Below, one piece after another: positions 1 to 13,089 of a DNA stretch of 64,000 bases. This DNA comes from Antedon mediterranea (taxonomy: Eukaryota > Animalia > Echinodermata), in assembly GCF_964355755.1 (NCBI RefSeq), contig NC_092674.1:1860001-1924000 (forward strand). Direction: 5' to 3'. Made by a program: the position numbers and the translations under genes. Position 1 is the first letter of the stretch. Each line of letters opens with the position of its first letter. Under the pieces are notes generated by a model. That model did not search any database and was not told the DNA's origin. It saw nothing but the letters and a program-made list of their open reading frames with translations.

Positions 1-756
1 GGCACGCCGCTCAGAGAGAAGTCTGTGCGTTGCTGCTGAAATCACGTGCTATAGTAGGGGAATGCACCACAATCCTCTGAGCTGAGGGCTGAATCATTCC
101 GCTACCTGCTAAATAGTAAAGAGGGATTTTCCATCTCTCGGGTCTACCGGATCTAGGCGCAGGGGTGTGACAAAATATTATTTTCACTCTGCTATGTTCG
201 AGAGACATGTGAGTGAACACGCATTTGATGAGTGTGTCGCTATAACAATTATTGTTTATCGAAAGTTGAAGACCGTCGTTCAGATTTTTTAACCGTAGTT
301 TGGGCACTTTTGTAAAAGTAAAATTTGACACGATATGACTTGAATGAAAAGACAATCGTTACATAAAAATAAACAACATGATGAGTGTATACACGAATAT
401 ATTTAGATACGCTTGTATCGATTGATTATTAGGCCTATAATATAGCATAATAGCACGTTAAGATATGTCTCGCACCTTTTTGAAATTGTAAACTATATGC
501 CTCGCATGCCTCGCACTTTTGGAAATGATAAAATGATGCCTCGCACAAATATTTGGCATGCCTCGCGTGCCTCGCTGCCTCGCACTTTGTCAACACTCTG
601 TTGTGGTTGGAGAAGACAAGATGGCTGACATGTTTTACCTTGCACATGTGGTTTAGTTGTGTTAGGGTTAGTTGATAATACATTTTATATTTTGCTAGCA
701 GTATGATATTAAACTGTAAATTTGTAAAACAAAATAAACATCAAATTTCCTAAGAT

Positions 757-1030
757 GTGAGAGGATGTGGCGCAGTGTGTTGGACATTGGGCTTCTAATC
801 CAAAGATCAGGTGTTCGATTCTAACACCTATCGCATTGCTTGTATTGTTTAGCAAGAAGGTGTATAAATGTGTACCTGGTAAGGTCAAAACACAACTGCA
901 CTGATTACTGGCTGCAACATTATATGTTTCCATATGTGTTTAATTCAAAATGACTGGGGTAATAATGTAAAGCGCTTGTAGTCTTTGAACGTTAAGTATC
1001 ATGTAAGAAAAACCTTATTATTATATTATT
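757..1030 (+). mobile_element. tRNA-derived SINE, degenerate
   Basis: A box TGGCGCAGTG (~768), B box GTTCGATTC (813), internal ggtgtataaatgtgtacctgg, L2-like tail tgtaaagcgctt...ttattattat. The 3' half is repeated at ~6315-6480. Confidence 0.7.
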
Positions 1031-1800
1031 CTCTTCATCCCATAATTATTGGGAAGTATTACTCAGCAAATGCAAACCAGAGCTAAGCCGGTTACTTTTA
1101 GCTTTGTGGCTACAAAACCTAAAAGGTTTTTAAAGCTCTGTCTACACTATCAAACTTTATTCAATTGCATATCCTGGGAGCTCCAGGGCTGACCCAAAGT
1201 GTAAAAGTCAATTTACACTCGTGAGAGGTAACGGTTAGCGTAAAAACGAGTAGCTTGTCCCATGTAGAATCTGTATCTATCCTGAGCGAAAACCGTAAAT
1301 GGTCATAATAATATAAGGAATAACATAGATTCTATATTTTTATTACCATTGCTGCTCTGCTGTAAATTAGCCTTTTGTTGCGATCGTAGTAAATTTTCTG
1401 AAGCCAAAAACGCTAAAATCTACAAAATCGGTAATCATACTTTAATATCTTGAAACTACATTTTCAAAAAAGCACCTGCTTTTTCTCATAATTCTGGAAT
1501 TTCCAATGGAAATTTTCTAGCAACTTGACAAAAGACCACATCTATTATTGTTGAAACACAAATCCAATATTAGGGATTGCCTTAACAGTTTGGAAAAACA
1601 ACTAAATTGAATAATCTATCTCCTAATTTTGGTCATTTAGAATTGAATTTATTAAGTGAATGTTAATTAGCTTGACAATAGATGAACTTGAGAGATTTGT
1701 CAAGACACGCATAATCAATCGCTGTTTTATATTGTGTAATAAATAATGCTACAAATGTATTCGCCAATTTTGAATGCTCTAATATTTTGGTAGTGTGTGG

Positions 1801-2262
1801 AAACTAATGCCTCTATGTTAGTTATCAAGTCAAATGAACAAGCTAGGTATTCAACATGATGCGTATGATTGAGTCGCAAACTAATGCCTCTATGTTAGTT
1901 ATCAAGTCAAATGAACAAGCTAGGTATTCAACATGATGCGTATGATTGAGTCGCAAACTAATGCCTCTATGTTAGTTATCAAGTCAAATGAACAAGCTAG
2001 GTATTCAACATGATGCGTATGATTGAGTCGCAAACTAATGCCTCTATGTTAGTTATCAAGTCAAATGAACAAGCTAGGTATTCAACATGATGCGTATGAT
2101 TGAGTCGCAAACTAATGCCTCCATGTTAGTTATCAAGTCAAATGAACAAGCTAGGTATTCAACATGATGCGTATGATTGAGTCGCAAACTAATGCCTCTA
2201 TGTTAGTTATCAAGTCAAATGAACAAGCTAGGTATTCAACATGATGCGTATGATTGAGTGGC
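1801..2262. repeat. Minisatellite, 77 bp x6
   Basis: Unit aaactaatgcctctatgttagttatcaag...gattgagtcgc. Confidence 0.97.
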
Positions 2263-2294
2263 AATCAGTGAACCACTGTACAATTGACATATTA

Positions 2295-2479
2295 CAGTCA
2301 ACTCTCCCAATACCAACAGACTCTCTGAAAACCGGAAACTCTCCTAAATTCAGACTTTTCATGAGGTCCAAAATGTTCCAAATTAATTTTTATCATTAGA
2401 AACAAATTCCGAATACTTTTCCGGAAAACCAAACATCTTAGGGCAGCCCAAATGTGTCCGGTATTGGGAGAGTTGACTG
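2295..2479. mobile_element. Tc1/pogo-type MITE
   Basis: TIR CAGTCAACTCTCCCAATACC with TA on both flanks; paralogue at ~8520-8708. Confidence 0.8.
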
Positions 2480-3815
2480 TACTACTAATGCCAAGGTTAA
2501 ATAGGAAACAAAGAATTTGTCGACTGTGTATATAGCCTCCACACCAAATATTGATGGCAACCGTGTCGATAGAAAATAGTAATTTACATGCACGGCCATC
2601 ATGGCCATACAAAACTAATATATACATGCATGACCGTGTCGATAGTCTCAACCGAAGTTAATAACGAAATGAGTTAGGAATATCTGCATGATCAGTTCCC
2701 AACATAATCCAAACCAGATCTGTTTTTTTTCCAAATCAAGTGGGCTAATCAAATAGGATATTCAAAGAAAATAAAATCAGTAGTAGAATACCGATTATTG
2801 CATCAACTACACATGTTTTACAGAAACCATTTACGTTGTTTATCAGTCTGCATTTTCTCATAGATCTGGAATTTCCAAATTAATATTTTTATACACAGCA
2901 TAACAAAAGAATGTATTACAGTTAAAAGTGATAGGGATTTAAATAGAAAACAATGAATTTGACTCATAGTCAACTGTGTATATAACCATCACACTAAATA
3001 TTGATGGCAACCGTGTCGATAGAAAATAGTAATTTACATGCACGGCCATCATGGCCATACAAAACTTCAAAATATATGCCTGACGGTGTCGATAGTCTTA
3101 ACCAAAGTTAATCATAAATGAGTTCGGAACAGGTGGATCTGCTTCACCAACCTTGACCAACATAACCAACCAGATCTATTTTTAGTTGCGTGCAAACGCG
3201 ACTCTACAGGTCTGTTGGTCGGTCGGTAAACACTAACTCAAATTTATGTATATGGCCTTGTTTAAATCAAGTGGGCTAATCAAATAGGATATTGAACGAA
3301 AATAAAATCAGTAGTAGAATACAGATTATTGCGTCAACTACATGTATTTTACAGAAACCATTTACGTTGGTTATCATTCTGCATTTTCTCATAGATCTGG
3401 AATTTCCAAATTAATATTTTTAACACAGCATAACAAAAGAGGTGTTACTGATATAGGGACTGTCTCAACAGTTTATGAAACAACAAAACAAAACTGAAGC
3501 TCACAATATAGAACACCATCAGCTTTTAATCATTAGCCTCAAAATGACTGAAAAAATTTTAAATAAAAGTGTATACTGTAGCATGCTATAAACGTAGATC
3601 TTAAGTACACCATCAGTGAAGTCAACTGATACTAAGTATCCGTCAATGACGGCCATGTGTCTTTAGAAGACAACGGCTACAAGAACAGTAATAAGTTAAT
3701 AGTAAGCACTCTGGTACCAACTATTTCTGGCAGAAAGATTTTAAATGGACACACCTATTATTTTGATCAGTTACTACTGTCAAATTAAGCCTAAGTGTGT
3801 ACACCCTTAGGCTAG

Positions 3816-4169
3816 CAGTTCACTCTAACAACCCTACAACCTCACAGTTCACTCTAACAACCCTACAACCTCACAGTTCACTCTAACAACCCTACAACCT
3901 CACAGTTCACTCTAACAACCCTACAACCTCACAGTTCACTCTAACAACCCTACAACCTCACAGTTCACTCTAACAACCCTACAACCTCACAGTTCACTAA
4001 CAACCTTACAACCTCACAGTTCACTCTAACAACCCTACAACCTCACAGTTCACTCTAACAACCCTACAACCTCACAGTTCACTCTAACAACCCTACAACC
4101 TCACAGTTCACTAACAACCTTACAACCTCACAGTTCACTCTAACAACCCTACAACCTCACAGTTCACTC
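3816..4169. repeat. Minisatellite, 29 bp x~12
   Basis: Unit cagttcactctaacaaccctacaacctca; two units are 27-bp variants. Confidence 0.96.
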
Positions 4170-7100
4170 CATCCATAGAATTAAGACATATTATGTGACT
4201 GCTTTAGCAGTAATAGTTAAAATAAAAAATTCATTTTGGAGATAATTCTTGATGTGGGGTAGTTAGTTAGTGATATTCATCAAATACTACCAGAATTTAC
4301 TGGGAAGGATTGAAACAACATTCCCTTGTATTGTATAAACCAACTTTGTGAATCATAAATGAAAACTTGATGAATTTCAACCCTGTTATAGTCTATCAAG
4401 GTAAATAAAAGTAATCAACTTAAATATGAATAAAAACAATTTAGACAAATGTCAAGGGAAGAAAACCTTTACAGCCCACTTCAGGACTAAATTATTTAAT
4501 TTTAAAACTGGGATTTTACAGACCCTTTTGGTCAATACACAATACAATCATGGCATTATCTACTAGAGAATATTGTTTAATAAAGTACACTACAAAAAAA
4601 CGACATCTGTTACCGATATCAATAACATCACAATAGAAAGGGTGAGATTGTTTTTAGATTTGGGTTTTTTCCACAATTCAGTAAGAGCCCCCCAATCAAA
4701 ACATGCCACATGAAGCATTTAGGGACACCCTTCTATGTTGTGCCAAGAAATGATTTGATTGTTTTACAGTGTACATGTAAACAATATAAGATATATAAAA
4801 GACAGACAGAATATATTGTAGAATCTGAAATTTGGTGGGGTGGGGGGTTATGCCATGTGTGTTTTGTTGTTTTTTGCAATGAATTAAAACACAATATATA
4901 CATTAAGCTCTGTCTACACTATCAAACTACTATGACACAAAAAGTGTGATAGTGTAGACAGAGCTTAAGTCTCCATAGTTTGAACAAATGATGCAAAGAA
5001 CTACATTTCTTTGACTAGTGTTCCTAAACACAATCTGCATTAGATTAGACTATTCTGATAGTTGTAAAATTTATGCAACAAGATGAACAAATAAACCTAG
5101 AAAATCAACAGGTAGCAAACCAAGTGGAATAGTGGAGAGAAAATTAAATCAAATCCTCATTAAAAACGTACTGATCATGATATTGCATGAAATCTATAGC
5201 ATTATAAACTAGATATACTGAACACATAATGACAAACAAGTGCGATTCTTAACAGGGGGGTGGGGGCGTAAATTAGATCTTGAACGCCGGTTTCAAGGAA
5301 GGATAGAAATAAATATATTGAGTTGAAAGGTTCAACAACCTCTTGCGGTGTAAGATTATACAGAATCAGCAATTTCCAATAACCGGAATGGCTAACCTGG
5401 GAATTCTGATAAACTCCTCCTGGTTATTAGTAAACAAGTTAACAATACTAATCCTTACACAGCATGTGGGCATTTCATACAAAAAGCGTACAATTTATTT
5501 TAAAAATCATTGAATATGAATTTAGTATCAGTTTGTCTGTCTCAAATCTATAAACATGTTACTACTTCATCGACCAAAGTTTTACAATCAAGCTTATTAC
5601 AGAACTAGGAGGCCTACTTTAAGTGGTGACTGTGTGAGACAGTGGCTGTGTGAGCTAATAAAAGTGCACACATCATTTTGTGTACACTGGACCTATGGGT
5701 TATAATCCAATCCAAGAAGACTACCACTAAAACTATGATACATGTTTACTAAAACTGTTGTCTGTTGACCTCATCTTTGTTATGAATGTCTTGAATGCTG
5801 TGTCTAACTAATGTACAGTTTACATAATGTATACACTGTTTTGTAGTAGCTATTGAATGAAAAACAGTAATAACAGCCTCATGTTTCCCTTAACCTCTGT
5901 ATATACTATGGTAAAATTATATTAGTCTTAATGAGAAGGACTAACTAACTTATCTACATGATTTATCTTGTTTCAAACAATTATTCCTATTACCACACTC
6001 TTGGTATTAAGCTCTGTCCACACTACCAAACTAGTTTGACAACAAAAGTGTGATATGCCCAAATATGGTAGTGATATGCTTAAATATGGTAGTGATATGA
6101 AATCATTGTGTACATATATGGGCACATCACATTTTTTTGCCACATAAGAAGCCTTTGTTTAGTGTGCTCTGTTTATGTTGACAATGTCACAAACATGGAA
6201 TGAGTAGAGAGCCTCTTTTTGTTGCATGTACCTTTATAGTATAGAAGTGGATACCATTGTGCGTTTCTAATGCATACTATATTCGCTATATTCATGTATC
6301 TCTTTTATATATATATAAATGTGTACCTGATAAGGTCAAAACACAACCTCACTGATTATTAGCTGCAACATTATGGGAGTATGATTCCATACATGTTTAT
6401 TTCAAAATGACTAGGGTAATAATGTGAAGTGCTTAGAGGCTTTGAGTGCCATATAAGAAAAACTTCATTGATATATTGTTCTCTTCATACCATAATTGTG
6501 AGGAGTATTACTCAGCAACTGCAAACCACAGCTAAGCCTTGTGGCTACACTAGGTGTAGAAGGATTGGTCCCAAATCGGGGAAAAATTTCATTGTTTGCA
6601 GCTGATCCCGAGTGTTTACACTTTGCGTTCCATACGATCAAATCAACATGTAAATTGTGATATGATTCAATGCATAAGCCAGTCTAATGCATATTGGAGC
6701 ACCTTCTGAATTTTACAAAAAAGTGTGATGTGCCAAAATATGGTAGTGATATGCTTAAATATGGTAGTGATATGACATCATGTCCATAAATGAGCACATC
6801 ACATTTTTTTGTCACATACAGTTTGATAGTGTAGACAGACCTTTAGGTGGGCTGCACAACGATCGGCCTAAATAAATTGAGCGCGTTCAATAATCAATTG
6901 CCAATCATGGGAGCTAAGCTCCAGGGCTGACCCAAAGTGTAAATTAAAGGCCAATTTACATACACAAGCGGTAATGGTAAGAGGAAACCATGTAGCTTGT
7001 CCCATGTAGAATATGTACCCAACTTGAGCGAAAACTGTAAATAGTCATAGATTTTACATTTTTTTTACCATTACCGCTCGTCAGTGGAAATTGGCCTTCA

Positions 7101-7553
7101 GTCTGTGTCGCGATTGTTGTAAATTGTCTGAAAACAAAAACGCTAAAATCTCGGTAATCATACTTTAATATCTTGAATTAAAACTACTTTTTTTTTTTTA
7201 AACGCCTGCTTTTTCTCATAATTCTGGAATTTCCAATGGAAATTTTTTAACGACGTCACAAAAGAAAGTATCTATTATTGTTGAAACAAAATCCATTAAT
7301 TGATAGGGATTGCCTCAACAGTTTAGAAAAACAACTAAGTTGAATAGTCTATTTCCTAATTTGGTCATTTACAATTGAATTTATTGAACTGGTCGAATGT
7401 TAATTAGCTTGACAATAGATGAACTTGAGAGATTTGTCAAGACACACGTGATCAATGGCCATTTTGTTGTTTAGAAATAATGCAGTGTTTGCGCCAAAAT
7501 GCTACAAATGTATTTGCTAATTTTGAATGCTCTAATATTTTGGTAGTGTGTGG

Positions 7554-8477
7554 AAACTAATGCCTCTATATTAGTTATCAAGTCAAATGAACAAGCTAGG
7601 TATTCAACATGATGCGTATGATTGAGTCGCAAACTAATGCCTCTATATTAGTTATCAAGTCAAATGAACAAGCTAGGTATTCAACATGATGCGTATGATT
7701 GAGTCGCAAACTAATGCCTCTATATTAGTTATCAAGTCAAATGAACAAGCTAGGTATTCAACATGATGCGTATGATTGAGTCGCAAACTAATGCCTCTAT
7801 ATTAGTTATCAAGTCAAATGAACAAGCTAGGTATTCAACATGATGCGTATGATTGAGTCGCAAACTAATGCCTCTATATTAGTTATCAAGTCAAATGAAC
7901 AAGCTAGGTAGTCCACATGATGCGTATGATTGAGTCGCAAACTAATGCCTCTATATTAGTTATCAAGTCAAATGAACAAGCTAGGTATTCAACATGATGC
8001 GTATGATTGAGTCGCAAACTAATGCCTCTATATTAGTTATCAAGTCAAATGAACAAGCTAGGTATTCAACATGATGCGTATGATTGAGTCGCAAACTAAT
8101 GCCTCTATATTAGTTATCAAGTCAAATGAACAAGCTAGGTATTCAACATGATGCGTATGATTGAGTCGCAAACTAATGCCTCTATATTAGTTATCAAGTC
8201 AAATGAACAAGCTAGGTATTCAACATGATGCGTATGATTGAGTCGCAAACTAATGCCTCTATATTAGTTATCAAGTCAAATGAACAAGCTAGGTATTCAA
8301 CATGATGCGTATGATTGAGTCGCAAACTAATGCCTCTATATTAGTTATCAAGTCAAATGAACAAGCTAGGTATTCAACATGATGCGTATGATTGAGTCGC
8401 AAACTAATGCCTCTATATTAGTTATCAAGTCAAATGAACAAGCTAGGTATTCAACATGATGCGTATGATTGAGTCGC
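7554..8477. repeat. Minisatellite, 77 bp x12
   Basis: Same unit as 1801-2262 but with ctctatAtta. Confidence 0.97.
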
Positions 8478-10175
8478 AATCAGTGAACCATCATACAAAC
8501 GACAACCATTAACATATTACACTCAACTTTCCCATTACCACCAAACTCTCTGAAAACTGGAAACTCTCCCAAAACCAGACTTTTCTTGAGGTGCAAAAGG
8601 TTCCAGATTCATTTTTACTATCAGAAACACATTGTGAATACCAGACTTTCCGGAAAACCAGACATATTAGGCTAGCCCAAATGTGTCCGGTATTGGGAGA
8701 GTTGACTGTACCAAGGTTAAATAGGAAACCAAGAATTTGACTTATAGTCAACTGTATATATAGCCTCCACACCAAATATTGATAGCAACCGTGTCGATAG
8801 AAAATAGTAATTTACATGCACGGCCATCATGGCAATACAAAACTAATATATACATGCATGACCGTGTCGATAGACTCAACCGAAGTTAATAATGAAATGA
8901 GTTATCTGCTTGATCAGTTCCCAACATAATCCAACCAGATCTGTTTTTTTAAATCAATTGGGCTAATCAAATAGGATATTCAAAGACAATAAAATCAGTA
9001 GTATTTTACAGAAACCATTTACGTTGTTTATCAGTCTGCATTTTCTCATAGATCTGGAATTTCCAAATGAATATTTTTAAACACAGCATAACAAAAGAAT
9101 GTTTTACAGTTATAAGTAATAGGGAGTTAAATAGGATAGTCAACTGTGTATATAGCCTCCACACCAAATATTGATGGCAACCGTGTCGATAGAAAATACT
9201 AATTTATATGCACGGCCATCATGGCCACACAAAACTAGAAAATATATGAACGGTTGACCATGTCGATCGTCTCAACCAATGTTAATATATAAGAATTAAC
9301 TATTATTATTAATATCTACTTGACCAGCTCCCAACATAATCCAACCATATCTGTTTTTTTAAGTGGACTAATCAAATAGGGTATTAAGAGAAAATGAAAT
9401 TAGTAGTAGAATACCGATTATTGCATCAACTACATGTATTTTACAGAAACCGTTTACGTTGTTTATCCGTCTGCATTTTCTCATAGATCTGGAATTTCCA
9501 AATAAATATTTTTAAACACAGCATAAAAAAAGTTTATGAAACAACATAACAAAACTGAAGCTCACAATATAGAACAAACACCATCAGCTTTTAATCATTA
9601 GCCTTAAAATGACTGAACAAAATTTTAATAAAAGTGTATAGCATGGTATAAACGTAGATCTCAAGTACACCATCAGTGAAGTCAACTGATACTAAGTATT
9701 CGTCAATGACGGCCATGTGTCTTTAGAAGAAGACGGCTACAAGAACAGTAATAAGTTAATAGTAAGCACTCTGGTACCAACTATTACTGGCAGAAAGATT
9801 TAAAATGGACACACCTATTATTTTTATCTACTATCAACTATATTTACTACTGTCAAATCTCTAAAGTGTGTACACCCTAACAACCCTACAACCTCACAGT
9901 CAGACCTGTTCCATCTCACAGAATGAAGACATGTAGGCAAATGTGACTGATTTGCCAATTACAGTAAAATTTTAAAAAATGCATTTTGGAGATAATTCTT
10001 GATGTGGGGTAGTTAGTGATCAAATACCATCAGAATTTACTGGGAAGGTTTGAAACTACATTTCCTTGTATTGCATAAACCAATATTAAGTGAACTACTT
10101 TGTGAATCATAAATGAAAACTTGATGAATTTCAACCCTGTTATAGTCTTTCTCAGGACTACATTAATTAATACAA

Positions 10176-11534
10176 CTAGATGGTACGCTCGCTTCGCTCG
10201 CGTACCATCTAGGTCGTGCCCACAGATGGTTCTGGAATACACAGTAATTTCAGCGTAACGAAACTGGCGATTTCAAATGTACGTACCGCAGGACTATAAT
10301 ACATTGTCGTTTACAGAAACGAATAAATAGACACGATGATTTATGCAGTCAACTAAAATTAGCACCCTGGGAATTACTTCCGAAGGAGAAACTTATCACA
10401 AAATGAGTCCAAATTTTTGATTTGGACTCATTTAAAGAAACCCAATTTGTGTTTTGTATGGGTTTTTTTATATTAGGGTTGAGGGATGGGAAAGCGGATA
10501 GGTACAAAAAGGAACAATTTTTAAATATGTTCTTTATCCACTCAGTAACGAAATATTTTTTTCGTGTTTTATAGGCCCCTAAATAATATACCTCTAAATA
10601 CAGTAAAACATTTGCAATTTAATACTTTGTTAAAACTGTCACTGTCATAATCGATTGAAATATTAAAGTACATGTCACGATACACCACTACGACGTTTAT
10701 TTTATTGGTAATTATTAATTAATACAAACGTTGAGAAGGAACTGTCAGTATAAAGTTTATTTGTATATAATAATGTGTTTATATATCTAACAGTAGATCT
10801 TATCCACAATCTCAGTAATAAAGTTTATCTGTATATATTTTTATATTACATCTAACAGTACGAACATTCACAGTAAGAAATGTTCGATTCAAATGAGGAC
10901 TAAAAATAGTTAATAGGTATTTACAGTATTGTCAAAGTATTGCAAGTTTATTCTCAAAGGGCCCATATATTTACCTATCGTATGTGTTAAACCAAGGGCT
11001 CATAAATTTACCTACTTGTGTTAAACCAAACTCTGGCAGACTGAGAGATTGGGATGTTCCATTCATCGCAAATAAATATTATCTGAATGTTATCTGAATA
11101 CATTTGTATAATCGTATATTAAATCTATCAAAATAGTATTTTTTAAAGAAAATCGGCCTGTCTTCAACATTATGATGGTGTACTCTAGCTGTTCAACCGG
11201 TTTTCAGCTATTAAAAACAATTATCGTAGGAGGAGATAGGAAAATGCGAAGCCTCCTCACATTTTTGTGGCGGGTATTTTTCAAGATGGACATCCATTAG
11301 ACAGTGTATACCACGATCGGAAAACACCCCTATTTGGGGCAAATCGTTGAACCTAAATTCGTTTTAATCGTCAATAACTAATTATCTAACTTAATTTAAT
11401 TAGTAAACAGGGTTACATCAGGTGGTTAAAATCAGTACCGAAAGTACGAACCAACTTTATATACCATCGAGTAAAAATTCTAGAAGTAAGGCGCGATTTA
11501 CCGAATTTTGCCCTTACGTAAATTTATATATAGA
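10176..11534 (-). mobile_element. Non-autonomous Helitron-like element
   Basis: The minus strand starts TC(TATATATA) and ends with the hairpin CTAGATGGTACGCGAGCGAAGCGAGCGTACCATCTAG. It is absent at the paralogous site (~4505), has no TSD and sits between two T residues. Confidence 0.78.
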
Positions 11535-12725
11535 AACTGGGATATTACAGACCTTTTTGGTCAATACACAATGCAATCATGGCATTATCTATTAGAGGTG
11601 ATCAGCAATATTTTCTCATAAAGTACACTACAAAAGAATCGACATTTTTAGGAGTGCACATCTGTTAATAATAACAATAACATCACCATAGAGACGGTGA
11701 GATTGTTTATAGATTTGGGTTTTTTCCCCCAATTCAGTAAGAGAGCCATCCAATCAAAACATGCCACATTCCTGAAGCATTTAGGGACAGCCTTCTATGT
11801 TAAGAAATGATTTGATTGTTTTACATGGTACATGTAAATGATATAAGATATATAGAAGAAATGGAATATATTGTAGAATCTGAAATCTTGGAGGGGGTGG
11901 GGGTGTGGTTATGTCATGTATGTGTTTTGTTATTAGCTATTATAAGACCGTGTTCTGCAATGAATTAAAACACAATATATACATTAAGCTCTGTCTACAC
12001 TATCAAACTACTATGACACAAAAAGTGTGATAGTGTAGACAGAGCTTAAGTCTCCATAGTTTGAACAAATGATGCAAATGATGTTCCTAAACACAATCTG
12101 CATTAGATTAGACTATTCTTAAGAGGGGGGTGGGGGCGTAAATTAGATCTTGAACTCCCCCTGGTTATTAGATTATCAAACACAAATCCTTGCACAGCAT
12201 GTGCGCATTTCATACAAAAAGCGCATAATTTATTTTTTCTATTATTGCACATGAATTTAGTATCAGTTTCTCTGTCTCAAATCTATAAACATATTACTAC
12301 TTCATCGACCTACGTTTCACAATCAACTAATGATTATTACAGAACTAAGAGGCCTAAGTGGTGACTGTGTGAGACAGTGGCTGTGTGAGCTAATATACTA
12401 GGGTATCCCTCTCATTGTCTTGATAAAGTGCACACAGCATTTTGTGTAAACTGGACCTATAGGTTACAGTCCTTATCAAAGAAGACTACCACTAAAACTA
12501 GAATGCATGTTTAATAAAACTGTTGTTGGGTTGACTGTTGACTTCATCTTTTTAAGAGTGTCTAATGTACAGTTTACAAATGTTTGCACTGTTTTGTAAT
12601 ATCTATGAAATGAACAAAATTAATAACAGTCTTCATCATGTTTCCCTTAGTGTGCTCTGTTTATGTTCAACACAAACATGGAATGAACAAAGAGTCTATT
12701 TTTGTTTCATGTTTCCTTATATACA

Positions 12726-13089
12726 CTGTTCAACTGCTTTATAGTATAGAGCTGTTCAACTGCTTTATAGTATAGAGCTGTTCAACTGCTTTATAGTATA
12801 GAGCTGTTCAACTGCTTTATAGTATAGAGCTGTTCAACTGCTTTATAGTATAGAGCTGTTCAACTGCTTTATAGTATAGAGCTGTTCAACTGCTTTATAG
12901 TATAGAGCTGTTCAACTGCTTTATAGTATAGAGCTGTTCAACTGCTTTATAGTATAGAGCTGTTCAACTGCTTTATAGTATAGAGCTGTTCAACTGCTTT
13001 ATAGTATAGAGCTGTTCAACTGCTTTATAGTATAGAGCTGTTCAACTGCTTTATAGTATAGAGCTGTTCAACTGCTTTATAGTATAGAG
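12726..13089. repeat. Minisatellite, 26 bp x14
   Basis: Unit ctgttcaactgctttatagtatagag, essentially perfect. Confidence 0.97.

Noticed and set aside
160-600. Possible TIR element with gcctcgc subterminal repeats
   Set aside because: The end match is short and imperfect with no TSD; it is probably made of adjacent transposon fragments.
757-830. Possible tRNA gene
   Set aside because: A and B boxes are present, but there is no good cloverleaf and the sequence continues into a SINE body and tail.
3340-3475. Possible H/ACA snoRNA on the minus strand (ends ACAtgt)
   Set aside because: I could not build a two-hairpin fold, and the ACA end is not kept in the older paralogous copies; an Infernal search would be needed.
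1801-8477. CRISPR-like appearance of the 77-bp arrays and the other arrays
   Set aside because: Units are contiguous with no unique spacers, there are no cas genes, and the context is eukaryotic.
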